A DNA stretch of 64,000 nucleotides from Nitrosopumilus sp. (GTDB lineage: Archaea; Thermoproteota; Nitrososphaeria; Nitrososphaerales; Nitrosopumilaceae). Shown piece after piece: positions 19,561 to 30,076 of this stretch; the first letter of the stretch is position 1; each line of letters opens with the position of its first letter. The notes beneath the pieces were generated by a model that did not search any database, had not been told where the DNA came from, and saw nothing but the letters and a program-made list of their open reading frames with translations. The position numbers and the translations under genes are program-made. The stretch is from positions 416,001 to 480,000 of the forward strand of contig OY763927.2 in assembly GCA_963667665.2 (NCBI GenBank). The letters are read 5' to 3'.

Positions 19561-20313
19561 ATGAAACCTGTAACAAGAATTTCTACTAGAGGATACTATG
19601 ATCTAAGTACTGGAAAAACTCTCAAAAATAATTTTTATTATTTGTATCTAAAAAAAGATTTTAAAAAATTAATTGGATCAAAAGAACTTACAATAATTAT
19701 TCATGGTTTACAAAATGACCGTGCTGGCGCAGTTGCCAAAGTTGTCTTGGCAAGAAATCGCCTACGTAAATTAGGATATTCTCATCCAATAATTGGTTTT
19801 AGTTATGATTCAAACACTACAGGTTCTTATTCAATAATACATGCAAAGCATGCACTTGCAGTTGGTCAAATAATTGCAAAGAAAAATGGACGTAATCTTG
19901 GAAAATTTATTGAAGATTTTAAAACTACCAGTTCAAAAACAAAGATTCGATTAATAGGTCACTCTTTGGGTTCTCAAGTAATATTGAGTACCGTTGAATA
20001 TTTAGCAAAAAAGAAACTAAATTCAGGAATTATAGATAGTGTTTATTTTTTTGGGGCCTCCATAACTGAAGATATACCATCTTCTAAAAAATATGGTAAA
20101 ATTCTTGAAAATATTATCCATAAAAAAATCATTAATCATTATGCACCCACCGATGATGTTCTTTATTGGTCCGATAAGATGGGCTACGTGAAGGGACCGC
20201 TTGGCCTCAAAGGTGTAACTGGAAAACCAATCAGTAAATACCATCAAAAATTAGTAAAGCCCAAAAATCATAGATTTGCCAGTTATGTTGCAGTGCTAAA
20301 CTCTTACCCTTAA
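19561..20313 (+). CDS. Alpha/beta hydrolase (DUF726/DUF900-like)
   Basis: IHG, GHSLG, DDVL and C-terminal H. Confidence 0.8.
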   Translation: MKPVTRISTRGYYDLSTGKTLKNNFYYLYLKKDFKKLIGSKELTIIIHGLQNDRAGAVAKVVLARNRLRKLGYSHPIIGFSYDSNTTGSYSIIHAKHALAVGQIIAKKNGRNLGKFIEDFKTTSSKTKIRLIGHSLGSQVILSTVEYLAKKKLNSGIIDSVYFFGASITEDIPSSKKYGKILENIIHKKIINHYAPTDDVLYWSDKMGYVKGPLGLKGVTGKPISKYHQKLVKPKNHRFASYVAVLNSYP

Positions 20314-20385
20314 TTTTCTATGGACTGTTGGTGTAGTATGATTCGTACGTTAATCTTTAATATGTGATGAAATTCATACTTTATT

Positions 20386-20496
20386 ATGAAACCTAGGGTA
20401 TTTTGCTCATCTCATAGAAAATCTATCTTGTATCATCTGCACGTTTTGGATGAAAATTCTGAAACTTCAGTTGACCTTTCTGAATATCCTTGCTAA
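20386..20496 (+). CDS. Possible 36-aa microprotein
   Basis: MKPRVFCSSHRKSILYHLHVLDENSETSVDLSEYPC*; TTTAATA about 28 nt upstream. Confidence 0.4.
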   Translation: MKPRVFCSSHRKSILYHLHVLDENSETSVDLSEYPC

Positions 20497-20560
20497 ATTT
20501 CATAATAATGGAAAATTTTAAGTTCAAAACTTCATAAGGTCTATTTTTCACTCAAAATTA

Positions 20561-21481
20561 TTGGTAAAATCTGTAAACTTTGTAGTTTTAGGTAAACAAG
20601 ACATTGCATCTGAGTTTGGAAAAAAGGGAACTGAAACCGATCTTACTCTTTATGATCGAAAAGAATCTGATGTAATCAAAACATGGGTTACTCCAAGTGG
20701 GTTTCCTGAGAAGATACAGCCATTGTTTCAGGCAATTAATTTAGCAGAATATGTAATTTTTTATGTAGATAAATTAGATAAATTTACTGGAGAACAAATT
20801 ATTGCACTTGATTCCTTAAAAAAAGAACAAGGAATTTTATCTCATACCTTTGAAGTAGATGAATCAAAGTTAGATTCAATGATCAAAGGAACAGTAGTTG
20901 AAAAATATACAAAAGTAGATCAGGACAAAATCAAAGAAGAAATGGATAAACTGGTTCCTCTCTCAAATGATGGTCCATCTGAGATGGTAATTGATCATAC
21001 CTTTGATGTTAAAGGTGTTGGAACTGTAATTTTAGGTAAAGTAACTCGTGGAAAAGTAAAACAATATGATAATCTTAAACTCTATCCTGCAGGAATTGAT
21101 GTTCTCATAAAATCAATTCAAATGCATGATGATCCTGTTACAGAATCTATCTATCCTGGAAGAGTAGGGCTTGCAGTAAAGGGAGCAAAACCTGACGAAG
21201 TTGGACGTGGAGATGTGATTTCTGAAGAAGGAGCAGTAGATGTAAAAACAGAGATTGAACTTGATTTTCAAAAAAATCCTTTCTACAAGAGTGAAATTGC
21301 TGAAAATCAAGGCTGTTTGGTCAATATTGGATTACAAATTAAAGCTGCAAAATTCTCATCAATTTCTCCTCTAAAACTAACATTTGAAAAACCAATCGTA
21401 TGCAAAAAAGATCAAATTGCTGTGATTTTAAAACCAGAATCTACAACTATTAGAATTCTTGGCAGTGGTAAAATCAAATAA
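20561..21481 (+). CDS. SelB-like (EF-Tu-related) protein with degenerate G domain
   Basis: IDHTFDVKGVGTVILG, IKSIQMHD, RVGLAVKG domain II; RILGSG domain III; no P-loop. Confidence 0.85.
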   Translation: MVKSVNFVVLGKQDIASEFGKKGTETDLTLYDRKESDVIKTWVTPSGFPEKIQPLFQAINLAEYVIFYVDKLDKFTGEQIIALDSLKKEQGILSHTFEVDESKLDSMIKGTVVEKYTKVDQDKIKEEMDKLVPLSNDGPSEMVIDHTFDVKGVGTVILGKVTRGKVKQYDNLKLYPAGIDVLIKSIQMHDDPVTESIYPGRVGLAVKGAKPDEVGRGDVISEEGAVDVKTEIELDFQKNPFYKSEIAENQGCLVNIGLQIKAAKFSSISPLKLTFEKPIVCKKDQIAVILKPESTTIRILGSGKIK

Positions 21482-21504
21482 TGAGTTAATTCTATTACAC
21501 AGTA

Positions 21505-21624
21505 ATGGAACCAGTACGTGCTTGTCCTATTTGTCCTAAATGTGGTTCAAAGAAATTTGTTAAATTACCTGGCAAAAAATTCACTGTGAAATGCCGTTCT
21601 TGTAATAAAATAATTGAAATCTAA
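21505..21624 (+). CDS. 39-aa C4 zinc-finger microprotein
   Basis: MEPVRACPICPKCGSKKFVKLPGKKFTVKCRSCNKIIEI*. Confidence 0.7.
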   Translation: MEPVRACPICPKCGSKKFVKLPGKKFTVKCRSCNKIIEI

Positions 21625-21662
21625 ATTCCATAGTTAATATTTGCAATATTTCAGTCAACATC

Positions 21663-22661
21663 ATGGCAAAAACATGGAAAGATAACGATATCAGTCTTGA
21701 CCCATTAAAGGATCAAACTATTGCTGTAATTGGTTATGGCATTCAAGGTGATGCACAAGCTAACAATATGAAAGACTCTGGTCTTAATGTGATAATTGGT
21801 CTTAAAGAAGGTGGTAATAGCTGGAAAAAGGCAGAAGCTGATGGTCACAAAGTAATGTCAGTTGCAGAGGCAACAAAACAAGGAGACATTATTCATGTGT
21901 TGATTCCTGATATGATTCAAGCTCAAGTGTACAAAGATGAAATTGAACCAAATCTTTCTGAAGGAAAAGCATTGGCATTTTCTCATGCAGCTGCAATCTA
22001 TTGGAAATGGATTGTAGCCCCAAAAAATGTTGATCTTATTATGGTTGCACCAAAAGGACCTGGCTCCAAAGTTCGAGAAACATATCTTGATAATTTTGGA
22101 ACTCCTTCAATTATTGCAGTTGAACAAGATTTTACAGGAAAAGCTTGGGATAGAACATTAGGAATGGCAAAAGCCATAGGCAGTGCTAGAGCCGGATTAA
22201 TTAAAACTACTTTCAAAGAAGAAGTGGAAACTGATTGGTTTGGTGAGCAAGCAGACCTTTGTGGTGGTGCAGCTTCTATGGTAACAAATGCATTTGAAAC
22301 TCTAGTTGAAGCAGGATATCAGCCAGAAATTGCATACTTTGAAGTTTTACATGAACTCAAACTCATTGTAGATATGATTCAGAAGTATGGAATCAATGGA
22401 ATGTGGAGACGTGTTAGTGAAACTGCCAGATATGGTGGCCTAACTCGTGGCCCAATGGTAATGGATTCTGAAAACAAAGAAAAAATGAAAAAAGTTCTTA
22501 CCATGATTCAAGATGGCACATTTAACAAAGAGTGGATTTCTGAATATCAAAAAAGTGGTAAAGATGCATTTGACAAATACATGAAACAATATGACGAACA
22601 CCAAATTGAAAAAGTTGGTAAAGAAATGCGTAAAATGATGTGGCCTGATTCCACAGAATAA
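21663..22661 (+). CDS. ilvC: Ketol-acid reductoisomerase
   Basis: VIGYGIQG, MVAPKGPG, ETDWFGEQADLCGG, AYFEVLHE. Confidence 0.98.
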   Translation: MAKTWKDNDISLDPLKDQTIAVIGYGIQGDAQANNMKDSGLNVIIGLKEGGNSWKKAEADGHKVMSVAEATKQGDIIHVLIPDMIQAQVYKDEIEPNLSEGKALAFSHAAAIYWKWIVAPKNVDLIMVAPKGPGSKVRETYLDNFGTPSIIAVEQDFTGKAWDRTLGMAKAIGSARAGLIKTTFKEEVETDWFGEQADLCGGAASMVTNAFETLVEAGYQPEIAYFEVLHELKLIVDMIQKYGINGMWRRVSETARYGGLTRGPMVMDSENKEKMKKVLTMIQDGTFNKEWISEYQKSGKDAFDKYMKQYDEHQIEKVGKEMRKMMWPDSTE

Positions 22662-22669
22662 TCTTTTTC

Positions 22670-23092
22670 TTATATTTTTCTTAATTTAGAAGCACCAGCA
22701 GTAATGTTATCAATGATTGTTGGTAGTGGTGTACCTGGACCAAACACATGCTTCACTCCTGATTTAATCAAATCTTTGTGGTCTATATCTGGAATAACTC
22801 CTCCACCAACAATAAGAACATCGTTGATTCCTTTCTTTTTTATTGCTTTTACTACTCTGGGAAAAAGTGTTCCATGTGCACCATTAAGTAAACTCATTGC
22901 AACTGCATCCACATCTTCATCTTCAGCAATCTGTGCAATTCTTTCTGGTGTTGCAAAAAGTCCTGAATAAATTACTTCCATTCCTGCATCCCTAAATGCT
23001 CTACACAATACTAGTGCCCCTCTATCGTGACCATCAAGACCTAGTTTAGCAACTAAAATTTTGATGCTTCGTGATGCGGTTTTTTGCTTCAT
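22670..23092 (-). CDS. Methylmalonyl-CoA mutase, B12-binding small subunit
   Basis: KLGLDGHDRG (DxHxxG), GGGVIP, FGPGT. Confidence 0.95.
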   Translation of the reverse strand: MKQKTASRSIKILVAKLGLDGHDRGALVLCRAFRDAGMEVIYSGLFATPERIAQIAEDEDVDAVAMSLLNGAHGTLFPRVVKAIKKKGINDVLIVGGGVIPDIDHKDLIKSGVKHVFGPGTPLPTIIDNITAGASKLRKI

Positions 23093-23209
23093 ATTAATAA
23101 TTGAATATTGTATATTTTAAAACTTTATTTGGTTTTATTATCTGTGAAAATAATCTACAGTTTACAAGAATAGAAAATCTACTTAAAGCGTAACTAAAGT
23201 ACCTCAGAC

Positions 23210-25714
23210 GTGGATGTTACACCAATTAATTATGAATTAACTTTTGAGCCTGATCTAAAAAGATTCACGTTTGATGGAACTGAATCAATTTCAGTAGTTT
23301 GCAACAAATCTACAAGCATAATTACAATGCATTGCGCTGAACTAAAGATAAAATCATGTGTGATAAAATCTGCAGGAAAACTCATCAAATCCACTCTAAA
23401 AATCAATGAGAAAAAAGAAGAATTAGAAATCAAACTAGAGTCAAAAATTAAAGGCAAAGCGATAATCAACTTGGAGTTTCAAGGAATTTTAAATGATAGA
23501 CTACTTGGATTTTATCGAAGTCAGTACAAACAGGGTGGTAAAACAAAATATCTTGCTACCACTCAGTTTGAGGCAGCAGATGCTAGACGTGCATTTCCTT
23601 GCTGGGATGAACCTCAAACAAAGGCAACATTTGATATTTCAATAATTGCAGAGAACAAATTTACTGCAATTTCAAACATGCCAGTAAAGTCAAAGAAAAA
23701 AATTGGAAATAAAACAATTTACAAATTTTTCAAAACTCCACTAGTTTCAACATATTTAATTTATCTTGGTGTTGGGGAATTTGAATATCTAACTGGAAAG
23801 GCTGGTAAAATAAAGATTAGAGTAATTACTACAAAAGGAAATAAATCTAAAGGAAAGTTTTCATTAGAATTAGGAAAAAAACTTCTTACATCTTATGAAA
23901 AATATTTTGGAATAAAATATCCATTACCTAAACTTGATTTGATTGCAATTCCAGACTTTGCAGCAGGTGCAATGGAAAATTGGGGTGCAATAACTTTCCG
24001 AGAAACAATTTTACTTTATGATCCTAAAACATCTTCTACTAGGACAAAACAATTCATTGCTGAAGTAATTTCTCATGAGATTGCACATATGTGGTTTGGA
24101 AATCTTGTTACAATGAAGTGGTGGAATGATTTGTGGCTAAATGAAAGCTTTGCCACTTTTATGGCTACAAAGTTTGTTGATAAATTCTATCCTGAATGGA
24201 ATCTTTGGGACCAATTCATTGAAGATGCAATGAATGTTGCCATGGGATTAGATTCACTAAAGACAACTCACCCAATTGATGTTAAAGTAAATTCTCCTAC
24301 AGAAATTAGAGAAATTTTTGATGCTATATCTTATGATAAAGGAGGTTGTGTCTTGAGAATGCTTGAAAATTATGTTGGTGAGACTAACTTTAGAGCAGGA
24401 CTCAAAAAATATCTCTCTTCTTTCAAATATGATAATGCCACAGGACAAGATTTGTGGAATGCAATTGGCAAAGCATCAAAAATGCCAGTAAGTGCTATGG
24501 TAAATTCATGGCTAAAACAGCCTGGATTCCCTCAAGTGGATATTTCCCAGAAAAATAATACTTTGATCATGAAACAGAGTCGATTCCTAATGGAACCCAC
24601 AAAGAAAACTCAGAAGGGATTATGGCAAATACCAATTACATACGGATTGGGAAAAGAAACTAAAACCAAACTAATCACAAAAAAATCAATTACTGTAAAA
24701 TTACCAAAAGGTCCAGGGTTTGTTGCAAACATTAACCGAACTGGATTTTATCGTGTAAAGTATGATGATGGAATTTTACTTGATCTAAAAATGCTAGTAG
24801 ATCAAAAACAAATTCCACATGTAGATAGATGGGCAATTCAAAATGATTTGTTTGCGTTATGTGTTGCAGGAAAAGAGGATGTTCTAAACTATCTTGATTT
24901 CTCTGACGCATATTTTGATGAAGATTCATATCTTCCACAAGCCAATGTTGCAAACAATCTTAACTTTTTAGCATCATTAACATTTTTTGAAGATTTTGCT
25001 GATGAGATTAAAGAATATGCAATTAATTATTTAAGAAAAATTTTTTCTCATCTTGGATGGGAACCACAAAAATCAGACAAACATACTGATGCATTTATGC
25101 GTGGATTTTCAATTTTTGCATTAGGCAAACTTGGTGATGACTCTATAATTGAACAAGCAGAATTAAAATTTAAAGCATTTTTGAGAAAACCATCTACATT
25201 ACATCCCGATATTCGTGAACCTGTATTTTCATTGATTGCATGGAATGGAAACGCAAAGACTCATTCTCAATTTGTTTCATTATACAAAAAGGCAAATACA
25301 ATGGAAGAAAAACTACGATTCTTAAGTGCATTATGTAATTTCCGATATGAAAAACTTTTGATCAAGACCTTACAATTTTCATTGACATCTGAAGTTCGCT
25401 CTCAAAACATGCAATTACCTATTATGAGAATAGCTGGAAATCCCTATGGAAAAAAGATTTTGTGGTCATGGCTAAAGAAAAATTGGGGTAAGCTAAGCAA
25501 AAAAGTAGGTAGCGGTAATCCATTATTTAATAGAATTGTGGCAAGTATTTCATTAATTGCTGATGACTCTATGGAAAAAGAAATTATACAATTCTTCAAA
25601 TCTAATCCTACTCCTGGAACAGAAAGAACACAAGCTCAAACACTAGAAAGAATTCGAATTCACTCTAAATTCTTAAGACGTATGAAAAAAGAATTCAAAA
25701 ACCAGCATGGCTAG
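23210..25714 (+). CDS. pepN: M1 family aminopeptidase (PepN/tricorn-interacting factor-like)
   Basis: GAMENWG, HEIAH..x18..E (LWLNESFA), YDKG, ERAP1-like C-terminus. Confidence 0.95.
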   Translation: MDVTPINYELTFEPDLKRFTFDGTESISVVCNKSTSIITMHCAELKIKSCVIKSAGKLIKSTLKINEKKEELEIKLESKIKGKAIINLEFQGILNDRLLGFYRSQYKQGGKTKYLATTQFEAADARRAFPCWDEPQTKATFDISIIAENKFTAISNMPVKSKKKIGNKTIYKFFKTPLVSTYLIYLGVGEFEYLTGKAGKIKIRVITTKGNKSKGKFSLELGKKLLTSYEKYFGIKYPLPKLDLIAIPDFAAGAMENWGAITFRETILLYDPKTSSTRTKQFIAEVISHEIAHMWFGNLVTMKWWNDLWLNESFATFMATKFVDKFYPEWNLWDQFIEDAMNVAMGLDSLKTTHPIDVKVNSPTEIREIFDAISYDKGGCVLRMLENYVGETNFRAGLKKYLSSFKYDNATGQDLWNAIGKASKMPVSAMVNSWLKQPGFPQVDISQKNNTLIMKQSRFLMEPTKKTQKGLWQIPITYGLGKETKTKLITKKSITVKLPKGPGFVANINRTGFYRVKYDDGILLDLKMLVDQKQIPHVDRWAIQNDLFALCVAGKEDVLNYLDFSDAYFDEDSYLPQANVANNLNFLASLTFFEDFADEIKEYAINYLRKIFSHLGWEPQKSDKHTDAFMRGFSIFALGKLGDDSIIEQAELKFKAFLRKPSTLHPDIREPVFSLIAWNGNAKTHSQFVSLYKKANTMEEKLRFLSALCNFRYEKLLIKTLQFSLTSEVRSQNMQLPIMRIAGNPYGKKILWSWLKKNWGKLSKKVGSGNPLFNRIVASISLIADDSMEKEIIQFFKSNPTPGTERTQAQTLERIRIHSKFLRRMKKEFKNQHG

Positions 25715-26114
25715 AAAAATTCTACCTGTAGTTTCTCTTGTCATAATTACTGTTTTTGCACTAGTTTTTCTTATAGGTGGTGGAACAGATGATAAAGACA
25801 TTCTTCGCCAAACATTTCAGATAGATGCAGTATACTATGATTCTGGACATGTTGAGATTTCTTATTTTGATAAATCTGGTAAAACAAATTTTGTTGTTAT
25901 GGAAATTCTTGGAATGGAGGAATCTTTCCAAAAAACGTTTTCAGATTCTGAATTTATTGAAATTGTTCCATTTCCAAATATACCAAAATATGGTTGGCCA
26001 ATTCATCCGGTAGTTTTAGAAATTGATCATAAAGAATTTGGTCACATTCAATTAAAAACTGAAATTCATCCGCTTGGTGAACCTGTTCCTCATGTAATCT
26101 ATTCTAGACCCTAG
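25707..26114 (+). CDS. Membrane-anchored hypothetical protein
   Basis: N-terminal TM; overlaps the pepN stop. Confidence 0.75.
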   Translation: MARKILPVVSLVIITVFALVFLIGGGTDDKDILRQTFQIDAVYYDSGHVEISYFDKSGKTNFVVMEILGMEESFQKTFSDSEFIEIVPFPNIPKYGWPIHPVVLEIDHKEFGHIQLKTEIHPLGEPVPHVIYSRP

Positions 26115-26158
26115 ATCGTACACAAGACTTTATTGCTGCTCTGAAAACTTACTGTGTA

Positions 26159-27076
26159 TTGGATTTGCTTGTGGATCTAAAAAAAGGAAAACGTGGTGCA
26201 ATTGCAAAAGCAATCTCTGTCGTTGAAAATGATCCAAAACAAGCAAGAAAACTCATAAAGAAAATTTTCAAAAATTCTGGTAACTCTATTGTGATAGGAA
26301 TAACCGGACCTGCAGGTTCTGGAAAAAGTTCTTTGATTAACAAAACTGTAATTGCTATGAAAAAATTAGGCACAAAACCAGCTGTATTGGCAATTGATCC
26401 AACTAGTCATATTACTGGCGGAGCAATATTGGGTGATAGAGTTAGAATGACTGAATCAACTGATTCAGGTACCTATATTCGAAGTATTGCCTCACGTGGA
26501 GCATCTGGTGCAATATCTAATTCACTAAGAAACAGTATTCGCATTTTAGAATATTCTGGATTCAATCCAATAATTATTGAAAGTGTGGGGGCTGGGCAAA
26601 CTGAAGTTGAAATTTCAAAAATTGCAGATATCACAGTTGTAGTTTTTAATCCTAACACTGGTGATAGTATACAAACAATCAAAGCTGGCCTGACTGAAAT
26701 TGGTGACATATACATTGTAAACAAAAGTGACCTTAGTGGAACAAATCAGCTATTTGATGCAGTACTAGACTATATCGGAGGTACAGAACGAAATCCAATA
26801 GTTCTAAAAACATCTGTAAAAAAGAATTCTGGAATTACAGTATTTGCAAAGACTCTCAAAGACATGATGAAATCCAAAAAGAAATTCAAGAAAGATAAAA
26901 ACCAAGAACGACTTGAAGCAGAATTAAAAGATATTGTTTTAAATAACTTCAAAGGAAAGATTGATGATATGTTAGATTCTGATAAAATATTTTCAAAATA
27001 TCTTAAAAAATTACAATTAAAAAGCATTGACCCGTTTGAAGCTGGAGATAAAATTACAAAATCTTTGTTAAAGTGA
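26159..27076 (+). CDS. meaB: Methylmalonyl-CoA mutase-associated GTPase MeaB
   Basis: GITGPAGSGKSS, IDPTS..GGAILGDRVRM, ESVGAGQTE, NKSD. Confidence 0.95.
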   Translation: MDLLVDLKKGKRGAIAKAISVVENDPKQARKLIKKIFKNSGNSIVIGITGPAGSGKSSLINKTVIAMKKLGTKPAVLAIDPTSHITGGAILGDRVRMTESTDSGTYIRSIASRGASGAISNSLRNSIRILEYSGFNPIIIESVGAGQTEVEISKIADITVVVFNPNTGDSIQTIKAGLTEIGDIYIVNKSDLSGTNQLFDAVLDYIGGTERNPIVLKTSVKKNSGITVFAKTLKDMMKSKKKFKKDKNQERLEAELKDIVLNNFKGKIDDMLDSDKIFSKYLKKLQLKSIDPFEAGDKITKSLLK

Positions 27077-27080
27077 TAAT

Positions 27081-28673
27081 ATGGTAACAAAAAAATCAAA
27101 AGCACCTGAAAAGAAAATATTTACCGACTCTTCATTTCTAGTTAAGAGAATATATCAAAAATCTTCTAAAAAGAAATCTGTAGAAGATGCAGGAACATAT
27201 CCATTCACTAGAGGAATTCATCCTGGAATGTTTCGTGAAAGATTTTGGACTATGCGACAGTATTCTGGTTTTGGTGATGCCAAACTTACCAATGAGCGAT
27301 TCAAATTCATGCTTGAAAAGGGTCAAACGGGTCTTAGCATGGCCTTTGACTTACCAACTCAGATTGGATATGATTCTGATTCACCACAAGCAGAAGGCGA
27401 AGTAGGTAAAGTTGGCGTATCAATAACATCCATTAAAGATATGATGACTGCCTTTAATGGAATTCCACTAGGAAAAGTTAGCTCTTCTATGACCATCAAC
27501 TCTACTGCATCAACACTACTTGCATACTATATTGCAGTTGGCGAATCACAGGGATTCAAAAGTCATGAACTTCGTGGTACTACTCAAAATGATATTTTAA
27601 AAGAATACATTGCAAGAAATACCTACATCTATCCTCCTCAACCATCAATGCGATTAATTGGTGACATGATAGTGTATTGTGCAGAAAAAGTTCCATCTTG
27701 GTACCCTGTTTCGATTTCTGGTTATCACATGAGAGAAGCTGGTTGTACTGCAACACAAGAAGTTGCATTTACATTGGCAAATGCTATTGCATATATCCAA
27801 ACTTGTTTGGATAAGGGATTAAAGATAGATGATTTTGCACCACGTCTTTCATTCTTTTTTTGTTGTACTATAGAATTCTTTGAAGAAGTTGCAAAGTTCA
27901 GAGTTGCACGTAAAGTTTATGCTAAAATCATGAAAGATATGTTTCATGCAAAAAATCCACGTTCTTTACAGCTAAAATTCCATACTCAAACTAGTGGTGA
28001 ATCATTAACTGCACAACAACCAAATAACAATATTGTCCGCGTTGCAATTCAAACTATGGCTGCAGTTGCTGGCGGTACACAATCTCTTCACACAAATTCT
28101 AGAGATGAAGCCCTTGCTTTACCTACACAAGAATCTGCAAAAATTGCTCTAAGAACCCAGCAAATTGTTGCTCATGAAAGTGGAATTACAAAAACTGCTG
28201 ATCCATTAGCAGGTTCATACTATCTAGAAGATCTATGTGATCAAATTGAGGACGGAGTATGGAAATATCTCAAAAAAATTCAAAAAATGGGTGGCTCTGT
28301 TAAAGCAATTGAGAAAGGATTCTTCCAATCAGAAATCAGACAGAATGCATATCGTCTAAAAAAAGAAGTTGATGCTAATGAAAGAATTCTTGTTGGCGTA
28401 AACAAGTACTCTGAAGAAGAAAAACAACCGGATTTACTTCGAGTTGGGGGTGAAGTTGAGATTCAACAGAAAAAGGCACTCAAAGCATTACGTACATCAC
28501 GGGACAAGAAGAAATGGGAAAAAGCGCTTTCTGCCATGCAGAGTGCAGCAGAAACAGAAGAAAATCTAATGCCTTACATAGTTACAGCTGCAAAAGCATT
28601 TGCTACAACTGGTGAAATTAGTAATACATTCAGAGAAGTGTTTGGCGAGTATCGTCCAAAAGAGGTCTTTTAG
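27081..28673 (+). CDS. Methylmalonyl-CoA mutase, large subunit
   Basis: YPFTRG, WTMRQYSGF, GTTQNDILKE, SISGYH, QSLHTN. Confidence 0.97.
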   Translation: MVTKKSKAPEKKIFTDSSFLVKRIYQKSSKKKSVEDAGTYPFTRGIHPGMFRERFWTMRQYSGFGDAKLTNERFKFMLEKGQTGLSMAFDLPTQIGYDSDSPQAEGEVGKVGVSITSIKDMMTAFNGIPLGKVSSSMTINSTASTLLAYYIAVGESQGFKSHELRGTTQNDILKEYIARNTYIYPPQPSMRLIGDMIVYCAEKVPSWYPVSISGYHMREAGCTATQEVAFTLANAIAYIQTCLDKGLKIDDFAPRLSFFFCCTIEFFEEVAKFRVARKVYAKIMKDMFHAKNPRSLQLKFHTQTSGESLTAQQPNNNIVRVAIQTMAAVAGGTQSLHTNSRDEALALPTQESAKIALRTQQIVAHESGITKTADPLAGSYYLEDLCDQIEDGVWKYLKKIQKMGGSVKAIEKGFFQSEIRQNAYRLKKEVDANERILVGVNKYSEEEKQPDLLRVGGEVEIQQKKALKALRTSRDKKKWEKALSAMQSAAETEENLMPYIVTAAKAFATTGEISNTFREVFGEYRPKEVF

Positions 28674-29069
28674 ATGAAGATTGATCATATTGCAATTGCA
28701 GTTAATGATGTAGAAGAATCAGCCAAAGTATACCAAGAAGCACTAGGTATTGACAGTGTAGAATTTGAAACAGTAGAATCTGAAGGTGTCAAAGTTGCAA
28801 TCATTCATTTAGAAAATGGTAGAATAGAGTTAATGCAACCAACTAATGATGTTAGTCCAATTAAAAAATTCCTAGATAAAAAAGGACAAGGACTTCACCA
28901 TATGGCATTAGAGACAGATAACATTGAAGGTGAAGTAGAACGAATGGAAGGATGTGGAATACAATTCTTAGGTAAAATAAGACCTGGATCTGCAGGAACC
29001 AAAGTTACTTTTATTCATCCGAAATCACTTTACGGTGTATTGACTGAACTTTGTTCTCATCCTAAATAA
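28674..29069 (+). CDS. mce: Methylmalonyl-CoA epimerase
   Basis: IDHIAIAV, GLHHMA, FIHPK..GVLTEL (VOC fold); follows the mutase. Confidence 0.95.
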   Translation: MKIDHIAIAVNDVEESAKVYQEALGIDSVEFETVESEGVKVAIIHLENGRIELMQPTNDVSPIKKFLDKKGQGLHHMALETDNIEGEVERMEGCGIQFLGKIRPGSAGTKVTFIHPKSLYGVLTELCSHPK

Positions 29070-29627
29070 TTATTCCATCATTTTCAAAGTATCAGAAGCT
29101 GTGATAATTCCTACAATTTTTGATTTTTTTGAAACTAGTATGCATTTTGAATATCTAATTAATGGAACAAGTACATTTGCTGGAGTATCATAGTCTACTA
29201 TTGGTGGAACTGGTTCCATTGTGTCTGCCAGTTTAGCTTTTTTTAATTCTACTTCTCCTCTGTCTGCAAGATGTTTCACAATTCCATCTTCAGATACAAC
29301 ACCTACAATTTCTGAATTATTAAAAACAGGAATCTGACTAATTGATAACTGATTCATCTTTTTTATTGCATCCTGAAGTGTGTTTGTTGGCTTTAGTTTT
29401 ACAATATCTTTACTACAAAAATCCCCTGCAATATGTGAAGAAGATTCACCTTCCAATTTTGTAAGATTATCAAAAATTTTCTTTGCTGTTTCATAGCTTG
29501 GCTGACTTCTTCCTGATTCTATCTGGTTAATCATTGAGGTGCTAACTCCAGTCATTGTGGCAAGTTTTTTCTGAGTAATGCCTAACTTTTGTCTTATCTG
29601 TTTAATAGAGTCAATTCTGGGAAACAA
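29070..29627 (-). CDS. XRE HTH + CBS-domain regulator
   Basis: GITQKKLA..SMINQIESG HTH followed by a CBS pair. Confidence 0.92.
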   Translation of the reverse strand: MFPRIDSIKQIRQKLGITQKKLATMTGVSTSMINQIESGRSQPSYETAKKIFDNLTKLEGESSSHIAGDFCSKDIVKLKPTNTLQDAIKKMNQLSISQIPVFNNSEIVGVVSEDGIVKHLADRGEVELKKAKLADTMEPVPPIVDYDTPANVLVPLIRYSKCILVSKKSKIVGIITASDTLKMME

Positions 29628-29709
29628 TTCGTTTAGGATAGATCTAATTAGTTTTAAAATCTATAGTTTTATGATTAAATTTCTCAAAATTCTAGATTCA
29701 AATTATTTG

Positions 29710-29862
29710 TTATAGTTCTGTAAAGGAATTTTTATAACAATTTGGGTTTGCTTTGAGTTGATCTTCCACAATTTTTTTAGAAAATTTGTGTACTGTCATC
29801 ATATGTTTTGGAATATCATCACATTTTTTCTTACAGGTTCTGCACATGTATTTCATTACCAT
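29710..29862 (-). CDS. 50-aa C2H2-type zinc-finger microprotein
   Basis: MVMKYMCRTCKKKCDDIPKHMMTVHKFSKKIVEDQLKANPNCYKNSFTEL*. Confidence 0.65.
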   Translation of the reverse strand: MVMKYMCRTCKKKCDDIPKHMMTVHKFSKKIVEDQLKANPNCYKNSFTEL

Positions 29863-29903
29863 TAGGTTTCTGATGTTTTGCTGGCACTATTAGAACTGTT
29901 TGT

Positions 29904-29932
29904 TTTATTCAATTATCCCGTAATTGAATAAA
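29904..29932. repeat. Perfect 12-bp inverted repeat
   Basis: TTTATTCAATTA-tcccg-TAATTGAATAAA. Confidence 0.75.
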
Positions 29933-29977
29933 TTCCAGGCACGAATCTATATAACCTAAATGGGAAACAAACTGAGC

Positions 29978-30076
29978 CTAGTCTTTTGATTCGTCAGTCT
30001 TTTCATCAGAATCGTTTGCTCGGTCTCTAACTTTTTTTATAATACAAAATTTGCTTAGACTATTTAATAATCCCAT
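29978..30076 (-). CDS. Possible 32-aa microprotein
   Basis: MGLLNSLSKFCIIKKVRDRANDSDEKTDESKD*; TTAAG about 27 nt upstream. Confidence 0.4.
   Translation of the reverse strand: MGLLNSLSKFCIIKKVRDRANDSDEKTDESKD

Noticed and set aside
29971-30030. Minus-strand CUGAUGA..CUGA within a hairpin, suggesting a hammerhead, C/D box or H/ACA RNA
   Set aside because: No stem II/GAAA hammerhead geometry, no ACA at the expected distance and no guide-length spacers; the stretch also reads as the end of a 32-aa ORF.
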